Counted from the first letter of the stretch, positions 1-9,983 are shown. The stretch is 64,000 bases of DNA from Planctomyces sp. (GCA_016795105.1 JAEUIH010000032.1:1-64000), one strand, 5' to 3'. Notes: generated from the sequence alone by a model not told the origin. Program-made: numbers and translations.

Positions 1-576
1 GTTGAGGATGATGACCTTCACCTTGGCCCAACGAGCAGACCGCGATGGGCATATGGGTGTTCCAAGGCGATTGACGAGTTTCTAGCGCTCGCATATCACA
101 GGAAATATGGTATCGGCGTAACGGTAGGTCGCTTTTTTAACGTGGTGGGCCCAAGGCAGGTTGGCAACTACGGCATGGTTGTTCCTCGATTTGTTGAGTC
201 TGCTCTGAACGGTGGACCAGTTGTCGTATATGACGACGGATCGCAGATTCGCTGTTTCGCGCATGTTCGTGAAATCACGCAGTGCATTGCTCGTCTCATG
301 GAAACCGCGGACGCCGAAGGGCGAGTGTTCAACATCGGCAGTGACCAGCCAATTTCGATTCTGCAGTTGGCTAAGCGAGTGATCGAGAAGACCAACCCGG
401 GAGTTCAGATTGAATTCCTGCCTTACAATAAGGCATACAGCGACGACTTTGAGGACGTGCAGCGCAGAGTTCCGAACGTGGACCGCCTGTTCCGGACGAT
501 CGGCATCAAACCGGTCACGACGCTCGATCAGATTCTTGATGACATCATTGCATGGAAACGTGGGCTCATTCGATGA
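1..576 (+). CDS. NAD-dependent epimerase/dehydratase family protein (SDR-type sugar-nucleotide epimerase), C-terminal part; 5' end lies outside the window
   Basis: The reading frame is open from base 1. Translation gives ...[15 protein letters not shown]...[10 protein letters not shown]..., which carries the catalytic YxxxK motif and the C-terminal fold of extended SDR epimerases/dehydratases. Confidence 0.8.
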   Translation, partial: VEDDDLHLGPTSRPRWAYGCSKAIDEFLALAYHRKYGIGVTVGRFFNVVGPRQVGNYGMVVPRFVESALNGGPVVVYDDGSQIRCFAHVREITQCIARLMETADAEGRVFNIGSDQPISILQLAKRVIEKTNPGVQIEFLPYNKAYSDDFEDVQRRVPNVDRLFRTIGIKPVTTLDQILDDIIAWKRGLIR

Positions 577-773
577 TCTCGGATTGAGTTATTTTCCACG
601 ACTTCTGATTGACCTGTGCTTCTCCCGAACCAGGTTCAGAGGATGCGTGTCAATTGATGGTCAGTTCGTGCTGCAGGTCCAGCGGTGAATGTGTTGTCCG
701 GTGAAGCCTTCCTGCTTCTTTGGTTTCAGTACATTTATTCCGAACATGGTTTCTGACCGACGCATGAACGGCA

Positions 774-843
774 CAAGGGTTAGCTCAGAGGCAGAGCACC
801 AGATTTCATCTGGAAGTCACAGGTTCGACTCCTGTACCACCGC
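774..843 (+). tRNA. tRNA-like element with anticodon loop aTTTCat (UUC, Glu); acceptor stem only 4/7 paired, so possibly a pseudo-tRNA or remnant
   Basis: D arm GCTC-AGAGGCA-GAGC, anticodon arm CCAG-ATTTCAT-CTGG with U33 and R37, 5-nt variable loop, and T arm ACAGG-TTCGACT-CCTGT are all canonical. The 5' segment CAAGGGT pairs poorly with the 3' segment ACCACCG. Confidence 0.4.
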
Positions 844-1206
844 CGGGCCTCAAGCCTGGCTCACGGCAGCAATGCCAAAGACGCTTGAAACGTCTTGAAC
901 CGCCTGAAGAAGGCAGACAACTACGAGATCAGTCTGACGATGACCGGGCAACATGCGCTTTCTCTTCGGCAGCGAAGTGGGAATCGGAAGGCTCTGTCTT
1001 CAGTCCGGCATCACGTCGCCTTGCCCTGCAGTGACCAGATTCCGCAGTCATTCGCATTGAACGAACTTCCCGTTCGATTGCTGTGACGGCTTAAGTGAAC
1101 TCCGCACGAGCGTCGTGAGATCAGTGAGTTGCCTGCCTTCGGAGGCAACTCAACAGAACGATGAAGAACCGCAGCGTCAATGCTGCAGGAAGACAGAGGG
1201 TGAGAG

Positions 1207-2313
1207 ATGTTGTTATTGAATCGTTATCGAATTCTGAGTTACGAGATTGGGCTTCTGTTCCGTGAAGGTGAGTTTCGCGGTTTGCTCAGCCCGGGAACTC
1301 ACTGGATCGCCGGACTGCCAGGTCGCACTCAGGTTGAAATCGTCTCGAAGCGAACACCCTGGCTCGTCCATGAAAAACTGGACCTGATTGTGAAGTCCGG
1401 TGCACTGAATGGACACGCGGTCGTACTCGACCTCAAGGACCACGAACGCGCGCTTGTCTGGATTGACGGGCGCTTCAGCACCGTTCTTGCGTCGGGCATG
1501 TATGTGTACTGGACCGGCCAGAAAAATGTGCGATGCGAAATCGCAGATGCGAGTCAGGTTCAGTTTGAACACGCTGAACTGAAGGTCATTGCAAAGTCAC
1601 CTTTAGCACAGCGAGTACTCGACGTCTGTTCGATTGATCGAGACCATACTGGTGTCCTGTATATCGATGGACGATTTGTTCAGACACTTGGTCCGGGGCT
1701 TTATGCCTTCTGGAAAGGGCAGTCTGATGCTCGAGTTATCTCTGTTGATCTGAGGGAAACGATGGTCGATGTGGCAGGTCAGGAACTCATGACTGCAGAT
1801 AAAGTCACGTTGAGGCTCAACGCTGTTGTCACGTACCGAATCGCTGACTCACTCAAGGCAGTCAGTCGCACGGAAGATGTGCGGCAGGCCATCTACCGAG
1901 AAGCTCAGCTGGCCCTCCGAGGTGTGATCGGTACGAAGGAACTCGACCTGTTTCTGACTGAACGAGATTCCGTCTCGAAGGAGATGGAGGACCTGCTCGG
2001 CCGTCGCGCTCTCGAACTCGGAGTTGAAGTTGTGAGCGTTGGGATTCGAGATGTGATTTTGCCGGGCGAAATGAAGGATCTGCTGAACCGAGTCATCGAA
2101 GCTCGCAAGGCCGCCGAAGCGAATTTGATCTCTCGACGTGAAGAAACGGCCGCAATGCGGTCTCAGGCAAACACTGCAAAGCTGTTGGCTGACAACCCTG
2201 TGCTGATGAAGCTTCGTGAACTTGAGGTGCTCGAATCCATCGCCTCTGCGGGAAAACTGAACGTGATTCTTGGTGACCGAGGACTTGCGGAGAAAGTTGT
2301 GAACCTCCTGTAA
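1207..2313 (+). CDS. SPFH/band-7 (stomatin/prohibitin/flotillin-like) domain protein with an N-terminal duplicated beta-rich domain
   Basis: The C-terminal half (...VTLRLNAVVTYRIAD...RDVILPGEMKDLLNRVIEARKAAEANLI...) matches SPFH domain signatures. ATG at 1207 is preceded by GAGGG. Confidence 0.75.
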   Translation: MLLLNRYRILSYEIGLLFREGEFRGLLSPGTHWIAGLPGRTQVEIVSKRTPWLVHEKLDLIVKSGALNGHAVVLDLKDHERALVWIDGRFSTVLASGMYVYWTGQKNVRCEIADASQVQFEHAELKVIAKSPLAQRVLDVCSIDRDHTGVLYIDGRFVQTLGPGLYAFWKGQSDARVISVDLRETMVDVAGQELMTADKVTLRLNAVVTYRIADSLKAVSRTEDVRQAIYREAQLALRGVIGTKELDLFLTERDSVSKEMEDLLGRRALELGVEVVSVGIRDVILPGEMKDLLNRVIEARKAAEANLISRREETAAMRSQANTAKLLADNPVLMKLRELEVLESIASAGKLNVILGDRGLAEKVVNLL

Positions 2314-2450
2314 GCCCTCCCCTCGGCACAATACTCAAAGACCCCCAATTCGTGAATGCGGATTGGGGGTCTTTTCATGTTCCTTCAGCCGTCCATGTGA
2401 TATCCTCTTCGAAGTCTCTCCCCCCTCAGGGCCACAAGGAATTCGGACTT

Positions 2451-3038
2451 ATGCATCCAGTTCTCAATCGAAACCTGTTCCTGGTGAAAGAACATGTTGG
2501 GTTCTTTAAGGCCGCGAACAATTACGACGTTTTCGATCCTCAGAGTGGAGAACTCATCATCGAATGCCGTGAAGAAAAACTAGGGATCTTCACGCGGTTG
2601 CTTCGATTCACGGACTACAAACGGATGACTCCGTTTATGATCGAACTGCACTCCCCTGACGGACGGCCAATATTGACCGTAAAGCGCGGAGTCTCGATTT
2701 TCCTCTCAAAAGTCGACGTTCTGGATGAAAATGGAACTCGAATCGGTGGATTTAAGCAACGCTTTTGGTCACTCGGCGGTGCATTCGCCGTGCTCGGCCC
2801 AAACGATGAAGAACTCTGCGTCCTGAAGGGTACCTGGACCGGGTGGGAATTTAGTTTTCGATACGGTGACCAGGAATTTGCGAAGGTCTCTAAGAAATGG
2901 ACCGGACTCGGAAAAGAATTCTTCACTTCCGCCGACAACTATGTCTTACAAATACTGCCAACGGTTCCCGCCAACAACCCGATTCGGCAACTGATCATGG
3001 CAGCCGTCATGTGTATTGACATGGTACTGAAGGAGTGA
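2451..3038 (+). CDS. Scramblase / LURP-one-related (tubby C-terminal-like fold) family protein
   Basis: The sequence pattern (FLVKEHVGFFKAANNYDVFD...ELIIECREEK...FTDYKRMTPFMIELHSPDG...WEFSF) resembles the PLSCR/LOR family. The internal ATG at 2451 has an AAGGA Shine-Dalgarno 10 nt upstream, and the longer ORF begins at 2352. Confidence 0.5.
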   Translation: MHPVLNRNLFLVKEHVGFFKAANNYDVFDPQSGELIIECREEKLGIFTRLLRFTDYKRMTPFMIELHSPDGRPILTVKRGVSIFLSKVDVLDENGTRIGGFKQRFWSLGGAFAVLGPNDEELCVLKGTWTGWEFSFRYGDQEFAKVSKKWTGLGKEFFTSADNYVLQILPTVPANNPIRQLIMAAVMCIDMVLKE

Positions 3039-3316
3039 TTCTCCGATCACTTGACTTTTCCGGCTTCCTTCGTGACTGTTCTCTTGTGCAGTACCCTTCG
3101 GTCCGGATGGGCAGGTTTTTGGTTTAAGGGTGTACGATTCTTTCAAAAGAGCTGAGAATTTTGTAAAGATCGGTAATTCATCCGGTTATTGTAGGCAACG
3201 GATTTGAGTGTGAACGGAGGGCCGCCTTTCCGCCGATTGGGGAGGTGCAGGAGGAAGGACAGCAGGAGCGATTGTCCGTTCCGTCGATTCTTCACTAAAC
3301 AGAGTAAGTAAGCGAC

Positions 3317-5116
3317 ATGTCGACAGATTTTCGCACCTGCCCCGGATGCAAGACAATGATTCTTTCGGACACCTATGAGTGTCCGCATTGTGGGCATGTC
3401 TTTGACGCAAGGAAATCGCGACAGTCGACTTCCGGAGCCCCGGCAAATCGCAGTGACCTGAAGTCTGCGAACCTGCACGAAGAATGTCGAACCTGCGGCG
3501 TGATGGTGAGAGTGGGTTTGGTCCGTTGCTGGAACTGCAACACATTCATGCGTGACGATATTGCTCGTCGTTATGAGATGATGACCACAACCCCTCAAAA
3601 GATCATTTACAGCGACATTCCGGAAGAGCACCGTACGGACTACCTGCCAGCGCGTGCAGCGGTTCCCGGCTCAAGTATGATGGATGACCAGGCGACAGAC
3701 TCAGAGGATGGTTTTACTCTGGGATCTGACGTGACGTCTTCAGCTGCGGAAGAATCTGAGTTCGAGCTGGACAACAGTGTCTCCGGCAATAGCCGGGCGG
3801 TCTCGGAACAACGGGCGGTCCCCGAACAACGGGTTGCAGCTCCTGTGGAAGGGCCCGACAAACCTCAATCCACAACACCGGGCGGAAAACCTAAGAGTGA
3901 AGGAACAGCAGAAACCGACGGAGACACGGAAGGAACGAATAAACTCAACGATGATGCATTAGCGGGAGCCGCAGGCAAGTTTGCTGCTGCAGCTGCCAGA
4001 GGCCCCGGGAAGTCTGTTGCCGATGTTGACTCGGACGATCTGCATTCGATTGCGATGCAGGAACAGAAAGAGTTTCGCCGTCGTCGAGTTGAGAAGCTTG
4101 CTGAAGCACGTCGTAAACGGATTATGATTCCGTGTCCGTCCTGTGGATCCTGGATCCGAGTTCAGGAAGAGCAGGCAGGCAGAGTGGTTCGATGCCCGCA
4201 GTGTAAGGGTGCCGTTGCAATTCCGGAGATTCGAAAGAAGGCTGAAAAGAAGTCTGAGAAAGCGACTTCAGACGCTCCGGTTGCAGACCTGCCATGGATT
4301 GACGATGCTCGCCTGCATTTACTGAATCCGACAGCTTTGATACTCAAGCCCGGAAGTCTTGCTGATCAGCATATGCTGGTCGACATTGCGATTACTCCGT
4401 CAGGACTTGCGGTCGTCAACCTGAACAAGGACGGCGTTAAGAAGAAGAGCTTTCTCGGCAAGTCCAGCGGCCCAACTCCCGCAGAACTTCAGGAGCGTCG
4501 AAAGCAGGTCAAAAACCTGATTGCAAAGAGTGCTGACACCAGTGTCGTCCCTCAGGTGGAAGTTCGTCCGATCACAACCGACCTGATTTCTCAGCTCAGA
4601 ATTGTACAACCTGTCGCGAAGGTACATGAGTCAATGTTTGCCGGCGTCCCGGTTTTTGGTGACGGTCGGATCGCAATTTACTTGCCAATCGACGGTGGCA
4701 ATGGGCAGCAAGTATTTTGCTCGCTGACTCTCAGTCAAATTCGAACGCTGGCAGAAAAGCTAAAATCGCAATTTCAGTTGAGTCTGCCGCTTGAAGAGAA
4801 TGGAATCCCGGAGACAGAAAAGTCGGACACGCTGCTGTGCTTTTACACGCAGTCAAAAATCGACTCGATCCGCAACCTTTCTTACTACCAGCAGGACCCT
4901 GCATTTACGCTGGAACTTTCCGGCCATCGGTGTGCAGCCTGTGGGATCACAGTCAGTGAAGAAGGTCGTTTGAAAAACAAGCTGGGCGGGGCAAACGGAA
5001 AAGGTATTGCGAAGGCCAAGTGTCCGAAGTGTGCCGGAAAATTCGGCAGTCTGCCTCTGTATCGGATTGCGAAGTCAGCTGCTGCTGCGGAAGCGGACCC
5101 CGCTGTACAAAGCTGA
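3317..5116 (+). CDS. Hypothetical acidic protein with four CxxC...CxxC zinc-ribbon pairs
   Basis: A 599-aa ORF with the motifs CPGC..CPHC, CRTCG..CWNC, CPSCGS..CPQC and CAACG..CPKC, separated by acidic, low-complexity and Lys-rich segments. Confidence 0.6.
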   Translation: MSTDFRTCPGCKTMILSDTYECPHCGHVFDARKSRQSTSGAPANRSDLKSANLHEECRTCGVMVRVGLVRCWNCNTFMRDDIARRYEMMTTTPQKIIYSDIPEEHRTDYLPARAAVPGSSMMDDQATDSEDGFTLGSDVTSSAAEESEFELDNSVSGNSRAVSEQRAVPEQRVAAPVEGPDKPQSTTPGGKPKSEGTAETDGDTEGTNKLNDDALAGAAGKFAAAAARGPGKSVADVDSDDLHSIAMQEQKEFRRRRVEKLAEARRKRIMIPCPSCGSWIRVQEEQAGRVVRCPQCKGAVAIPEIRKKAEKKSEKATSDAPVADLPWIDDARLHLLNPTALILKPGSLADQHMLVDIAITPSGLAVVNLNKDGVKKKSFLGKSSGPTPAELQERRKQVKNLIAKSADTSVVPQVEVRPITTDLISQLRIVQPVAKVHESMFAGVPVFGDGRIAIYLPIDGGNGQQVFCSLTLSQIRTLAEKLKSQFQLSLPLEENGIPETEKSDTLLCFYTQSKIDSIRNLSYYQQDPAFTLELSGHRCAACGITVSEEGRLKNKLGGANGKGIAKAKCPKCAGKFGSLPLYRIAKSAAAAEADPAVQS

Positions 5117-5136
5117 TCATTCGTATGAGTTTGATC

Positions 5137-6666
5137 TTAGTTGCCTGAAGACACTGACAGGACCTTTGCGCCTTTTCCGGTATCTGATTTCGGCCGCTGC
5201 AGTTCCACAACCATTCGACTGGAACCCTGCGTTTCGTAAATCCAGAGTTCACGTATGGAGCGAGATGCAATCAATCGAGCAACCCTCTGAGGCTGTCCGA
5301 GGATACCGATGACCTGATCCTGCGACATTCCTCGAACAACTCGACCTTCACGAACGGCCAGTTGAATATCATCCTGCGGAAGAGATTCGATCTGATTCCT
5401 GGTCATCCACTGATCCTTCAAACGTTCCCATCCGAATCCTTTGAGTCGTTCTTCGATCTGCGATGCGGCTTCAGGGGACAATTTGACAGCGGCAAACCAG
5501 GCCTCTTTCAGCAGATCAATACCCCGCTGACGATCCTGTGTTCGGCTCCAGCGATCCCCCACAAACAGATATTCGTCGGCAGTACGAACCAGACCGGACA
5601 CGCCGGTATCACGAAATTTGAGACTCTGAGCTTCCAGCCATTTCGAAAGCAGGGGACTCAATTCTGAATCTCGTTTGAAGCGGATCAACAGATCGGAGAG
5701 TTGCTGTATTTCCAATCGGCTCAACTCTCTAACTCTCGCGACTCGGAAATCGACCTCTTTTTTCTCGAGAGAATCTGCGAGTTCTGACTCTTCAGGGAGC
5801 TGGTCGCGAATCAGGGACGCAATCGCGATTCCGTTTTCGCCGCTGGGTTTCAGATCGGGGAGAATTTGTGATCGCCGAACCTGACGAAAGATCCAGCGAT
5901 GAATTTGCATACGAGTCGCATCATCTGCGGCGGCGTACTTCGCGGCTGCATTTTCAGGAGTCACACTGGCAGTTGCATTTTGAGTATCTGCCTGATCCCA
6001 TCCCGGCCAGTTACTTTCAATCTGCTTGCGGAGTTCATCGAGGCCAACGGAGCCTGATTTCCAGCCCGCGATCGCCGCTTCAAATTCCACAGCCGTAAGA
6101 ACTCGCTTTTCAATCCCAACCTCTCGGCCAGTGGAAACGACCTCCAGCAGTTTCTTATAGTCTCCGGCGGCTTCGATGCGAAGTCGTTCAAAGGCCGTCT
6201 GCCTCACTACAGCAATCTCAGCCTTCAGCGAACTGTCTTCGTAGAATTCTGACATTGGAACGAACTCTTCTGCGAGTTCCAGCAGTCGCTCCGGCTGACT
6301 CGGATCAATCCGTGATGCCCTCGATTTGATCAAATCGACATCAGTATCTCCCAGTACGACCCTGGTCACGGAGAATACAATGCGACCTGGTTCACTGCGG
6401 ATTGTACCGGTCAACTCCATACGTACTTCTGCACGAAGACTATCGGGCAATGCTGCAGAGCGAGGAGCTTCAAAAGAGAAGGGCAGTTTCTTTAGTCGGA
6501 ATAAAGAACCAGCTCGGCCTGCGTACCGTCCCTGAATGACCAGCACTTTCCTGTCATTGATCCATGTCTGCCACTGATCCTGAAGGCTCAGAATTTCAGG
6601 AACAGTCTGGGTTCGATCCTGAGTGAAGAGCATGATCAGCAGCAGAATCTGAGACAACAGGGTCAT
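5137..6666 (-). CDS. Hypothetical secreted protein (N-terminal signal peptide)
   Basis: A 509-aa ORF with a hydrophobic N-terminus (MTLLSQILLLIMLF). Its ATG overlaps the stop of the upstream gene in an ATGA arrangement, which suggests translational coupling. Confidence 0.6.
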   Translation of the reverse strand: MTLLSQILLLIMLFTQDRTQTVPEILSLQDQWQTWINDRKVLVIQGRYAGRAGSLFRLKKLPFSFEAPRSAALPDSLRAEVRMELTGTIRSEPGRIVFSVTRVVLGDTDVDLIKSRASRIDPSQPERLLELAEEFVPMSEFYEDSSLKAEIAVVRQTAFERLRIEAAGDYKKLLEVVSTGREVGIEKRVLTAVEFEAAIAGWKSGSVGLDELRKQIESNWPGWDQADTQNATASVTPENAAAKYAAADDATRMQIHRWIFRQVRRSQILPDLKPSGENGIAIASLIRDQLPEESELADSLEKKEVDFRVARVRELSRLEIQQLSDLLIRFKRDSELSPLLSKWLEAQSLKFRDTGVSGLVRTADEYLFVGDRWSRTQDRQRGIDLLKEAWFAAVKLSPEAASQIEERLKGFGWERLKDQWMTRNQIESLPQDDIQLAVREGRVVRGMSQDQVIGILGQPQRVARLIASRSIRELWIYETQGSSRMVVELQRPKSDTGKGAKVLSVSSGN

Positions 6667-8075
6667 GGCTTTGCCTCTCGTTTCCCGGCGCGAGCGCGTT
6701 CGAGCTGTCGGTCTTTTTCGATCAGGTCTTCGATATTGGTCGATTCAACAAACTGTTTCTGATACTCAAGCAGCGTCGTCAGATCAGGATCTACGGCATC
6801 TGACAGCCCAAACTGCTCTGCATGCTCTCGAGTTGTCAGCAGGGCACACGAGTCTGAACGCAGACGGATCACCCACTGCTGAGTCGCGCTGTCTGGCCCT
6901 CGGCATGATTCGATCGACGCAGCAAAAATCAGTGTTGAATTCGGAGCGGCGGAAAAGGCACTGTTGAGTAAAGAAGAGTCTGCCAGGATTCGCACTTTAT
7001 GCGAGTGTACTCGCATCGGATAATCAAGCTCCAGCATTCCGGCAATACCAAACTCTGACTCAGGGACTGCGGATAGCCGACATTCAAAGACGTGCCAGCC
7101 GGTACAAACATCTCTGCAAAGTCCGTCCACTCGCCCCGAGTCCAGTCGCCCATCAGGCGAGTAGGCGGTTGAAAGTTCGGAATAGAGGTCATCAGAGTTG
7201 AGTCCGTTGATCGCGGTTGTTTGTCGCAACAAATTTCGGACGGCGCCAACTTCGAGATCCATTCGTCCAAGAACTCTGGCGGCCTGATCGGCCTTGATCA
7301 GGATTTGCTCGAGCTGTCCAAAGTTCCGATCGCCGAGCACAACTTCAGTTTCATCCATCGCTGATCGCCATGCAATCCTTGCCTGTTCGAGTTGACGTCT
7401 GTGGTACATCCAACCGGCAGTCGTTGCGATCACTACGGTCACTGCCAGCATTAACAGGCGAAACGGAGTCACCTGTCGTCGTATTCGACGCATCAGTGGC
7501 TGTCGGACACGTTCCGAAAGTTCAGGAACATCTGCTTCGCCTCGGGCGTTTGGCAGAGCTTCGCCTCTGGCGTTTGGCAGGACTTCGCCCTTCTTTCGCT
7601 CTCTCTCCGGTCTTTTCTCCTCAGCGGCCCACGCTGCTGTCCCAGTGCCCTGAGGAAGCCGTTCGCGAGTTTCCAGTGCAGCCGTTCTTCCGCCTTCTGA
7701 CTGCTGTTGCGAGCCGGCACGTCTCGAGTCCTGAGTTGAGCGGTCAGGAACTCTGGATGATGGACGCCCTGATGGTGCTGAAGCGGGCGACAGAAACGGC
7801 AGCAGGTCCTTTACAACTGATATCAGTCGCTGGTGAAACCTGCCTCCGAGTACTTCGCTGGGAACACGACGAGTCGTCGGATATACATTCACCGGCAGTA
7901 CAAACAGTTGAGCACTGCATTGAGAACATGTAACGATCTGTGAACTTGTCTGCCGAATTCCTCCGACACGATGACCACAATCACAGTTCAGCTGAAACGG
8001 AACCCTGACGTCCCTGGCGGTTGTGCCAAACAGCCTCGCTCGAGCGCGTCGGATTTTTTCGCTGAGGTCAGACAT
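6663..8075 (-). CDS. Membrane protein with an N-terminal cytoplasmic zinc-ribbon, one TM helix and a large extracytoplasmic domain; candidate anti-sigma-like sensor
   Basis: N-terminal CDCGH...CSQCSAQ motif and TM segment FRLLMLAVTVVIATTAGWMY near residue 205. The gene overlaps both neighbours, giving an operon structure. It contains a short direct repeat encoding GEVLPNARGEALPNARGEA. Confidence 0.6.
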   Translation of the reverse strand: MSDLSEKIRRARARLFGTTARDVRVPFQLNCDCGHRVGGIRQTSSQIVTCSQCSAQLFVLPVNVYPTTRRVPSEVLGGRFHQRLISVVKDLLPFLSPASAPSGRPSSRVPDRSTQDSRRAGSQQQSEGGRTAALETRERLPQGTGTAAWAAEEKRPERERKKGEVLPNARGEALPNARGEADVPELSERVRQPLMRRIRRQVTPFRLLMLAVTVVIATTAGWMYHRRQLEQARIAWRSAMDETEVVLGDRNFGQLEQILIKADQAARVLGRMDLEVGAVRNLLRQTTAINGLNSDDLYSELSTAYSPDGRLDSGRVDGLCRDVCTGWHVFECRLSAVPESEFGIAGMLELDYPMRVHSHKVRILADSSLLNSAFSAAPNSTLIFAASIESCRGPDSATQQWVIRLRSDSCALLTTREHAEQFGLSDAVDPDLTTLLEYQKQFVESTNIEDLIEKDRQLERARAGKREAKP

Positions 8076-8607
8076 GGTGATTCAGTGCAAAGCGTCGAAT
8101 GCGATCCAAAGGCATATGCTGAGTGATGTTGGAGGAATACCACGTATCAACGATCTGGTGTTCGGAATTCAGCAGGAAATCGGCCGGCAAAGTGGTTGTA
8201 TCCGCATCAATCTTCCCAGGCATGAATCCGCTAAAGAATGCCTTCATTGCCCGTGGATGAACAAATGATGCCAGCATACCGGGAATAGAAGATTCCACAC
8301 CATATGGTCCGTACGCTTTGCGATCGGGATCAGCCAGAATCGGAAAGGGCACTTCTCGCGATTCATACTGATCCGCCACACGTTGCGGTCCGGACATGAA
8401 AATCGCCACGATTTCCAGACCATGACTCTTCAGCTCGGTCGAAGCCTGACTAAGTTCATGAATGTGCAGATTGCACAAAGGGCAGGCTGCGTAACGATGA
8501 AAGGAGATCAGCAACCGTCTGCCCGCGAAATCGCTCAGCCTGACCAGATTCCCGTGGAGATCCGGAAGTTCAAAGGCTGGGGCAATATCACCGAGCTTCA
8601 GACGCAT
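8068..8607 (-). CDS. Thioredoxin-fold redoxin / peroxiredoxin-like (AhpC/TSA family) protein
   Basis: A 179-aa protein with APAFELPDLHGNLVRLSDFAGRRLLISF...ACPLCN, the typical redoxin N-terminal motif with CxxC-like active-site cysteines. Confidence 0.7.
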   Translation of the reverse strand: MRLKLGDIAPAFELPDLHGNLVRLSDFAGRRLLISFHRYAACPLCNLHIHELSQASTELKSHGLEIVAIFMSGPQRVADQYESREVPFPILADPDRKAYGPYGVESSIPGMLASFVHPRAMKAFFSGFMPGKIDADTTTLPADFLLNSEHQIVDTWYSSNITQHMPLDRIRRFALNHHV

Positions 8608-8636
8608 AGGTTGGACAGTCTGCGAGAGGAATTCTA

Positions 8637-9191
8637 TCAGGTTGATTCGCCCAGTTCTTTTCGGAGTGCATCCAAAGCAGCGTCAATTTCTTCAGACTTT
8701 TGTCGGGCAGCTGCATCATTGTCACTCATACGAGAATCTGACCTGGCCGCTTCGGGAGGGGGATTTTCTCCTTTAAGTTCCGCGAGCCTTCTCGCTGCAT
8801 CCGATTGACGCGCCTCGAGGGCTCTTTGAATCCGCAGCATGTGCTGAAACGTCGAATATGCAGCATCCATTTCGGGCTTCAGACCGTCAATCAGTCCTTC
8901 AAGTTCCACTTTTCGTGTCAGAGCAGACCGAGCTGCTGCCTCATTCCCCCCGGCCAGCGACTGGCGCGCCTGCTGAATCCAGTCGGCGACCTGGTCGGTA
9001 TGAGCGTTGATTTCCCTGGACAGCCGTTCGTAGTTGCCGCTTGACGTTGCAACGCTGCGACGACACGCAGACAGCCCCTCATCCATTTCCTGGATGATCT
9101 CCTGCAGTGTTTTTGCCGGATCCGGCGACATCTGCAGTATTTCCGTGAGATTACAGGTCACAATATCTGTGAGTCGGCTGAAGTGTGGCAT
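8637..9191 (-). CDS. pspA: PspA/IM30 (phage-shock protein A / Vipp1) family protein
   Basis: The N-terminus MPHFSRLTDIVTCNLTEIL...DPAKTLQEIIQEMDEGL aligns with the PspA N-terminus (FSRFADIV...LIQEMEDTL). The remainder is coiled-coil rich. Confidence 0.8.
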   Translation of the reverse strand: MPHFSRLTDIVTCNLTEILQMSPDPAKTLQEIIQEMDEGLSACRRSVATSSGNYERLSREINAHTDQVADWIQQARQSLAGGNEAAARSALTRKVELEGLIDGLKPEMDAAYSTFQHMLRIQRALEARQSDAARRLAELKGENPPPEAARSDSRMSDNDAAARQKSEEIDAALDALRKELGEST

Positions 9192-9263
9192 TGGCGTTGT
9201 GACTTCATTTGGAACGGTTGTTTGAACGAATATCGCGCAGAACGAGGCTGGTCCGGTAATGGA

Positions 9264-9983
9264 TTAATTGTTTTCAAAACTTGTTTCCTCTGACAAGCCG
9301 CGGCAGGCAAGTAAGTACCGGAGCTTATCTTTGGCAAGTCTGAGTCGACTTTTTGCTGTGGGAAGGGTGGTCGACATAGCGTCTGCCACCTCCGACAAAC
9401 TCAACGATTCAAAGTGATGCAGCAGAAACGTCTGACGCTGCTCCTCAGGTAACTCTGTCAAAATCGCTCCGATAACTTCAACGATCTCTTTTTCCGATGC
9501 TTTTGCGGACGGTGAAACGAATTCAGCCGCAATATTCTGGAGAGGATCCAACCATTCGCCATCACGTCCCATGGAGGGCCGGATCCGGTGCACAAGGACA
9601 TCGTTCTTCGCCCGACGCGACTGGTCGATGAGCAGGTTGTGAGCAATTCGAAACAGCCAACCGCGAAACAAGCCGGTCGGAAGGTAGTCCCAGGCCTTTC
9701 GATAGAGCCGAATCAGGGTTTCCTGAACCAAATCTTCTGACAGTTGTTCATCGCGAGTATTCCGGAGAAAAAATCGGAAAAGCGGAGTCTGCCACTCTGC
9801 TACGATTTCATCAAAGGCACGCGCATCTCCCTCCTGGAGGCGAATCATTCTCTGATCGTCTTCGGAGTAAGCACTTGCCATCGGAATCGCACCTGACTGT
9901 CGAATTCTGTCACTTCCGGACTCAGTTGCGGAACTATAGGAGAACGGAGTTGTGCTGATAAGTGTAAGGACGGATGGCCACAT
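9264..9983 (-). CDS. RNA polymerase ECF-type sigma-70 factor
   Basis: Sigma-70 region 2 (LVQETLIRLYRKAWDY...FRGWLFRIAHNLLIDQSRR) and region 4 (LPEEQRQTFLLHHFESLSLSEVADAMSTTLPTAKSRL) are present. An alternative start near 9881 (MASAYSE) is possible. Confidence 0.8.
   Translation of the reverse strand: MWPSVLTLISTTPFSYSSATESGSDRIRQSGAIPMASAYSEDDQRMIRLQEGDARAFDEIVAEWQTPLFRFFLRNTRDEQLSEDLVQETLIRLYRKAWDYLPTGLFRGWLFRIAHNLLIDQSRRAKNDVLVHRIRPSMGRDGEWLDPLQNIAAEFVSPSAKASEKEIVEVIGAILTELPEEQRQTFLLHHFESLSLSEVADAMSTTLPTAKSRLRLAKDKLRYLLACRGLSEETSFENN

Noticed and set aside
689-1086. ORFs 689..898 and 895..1086 in the epimerase-SPFH intergenic region
   Set aside because: They overlap the tRNA-like element, have no Shine-Dalgarno and are unlike any protein. 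They are most likely non-coding.
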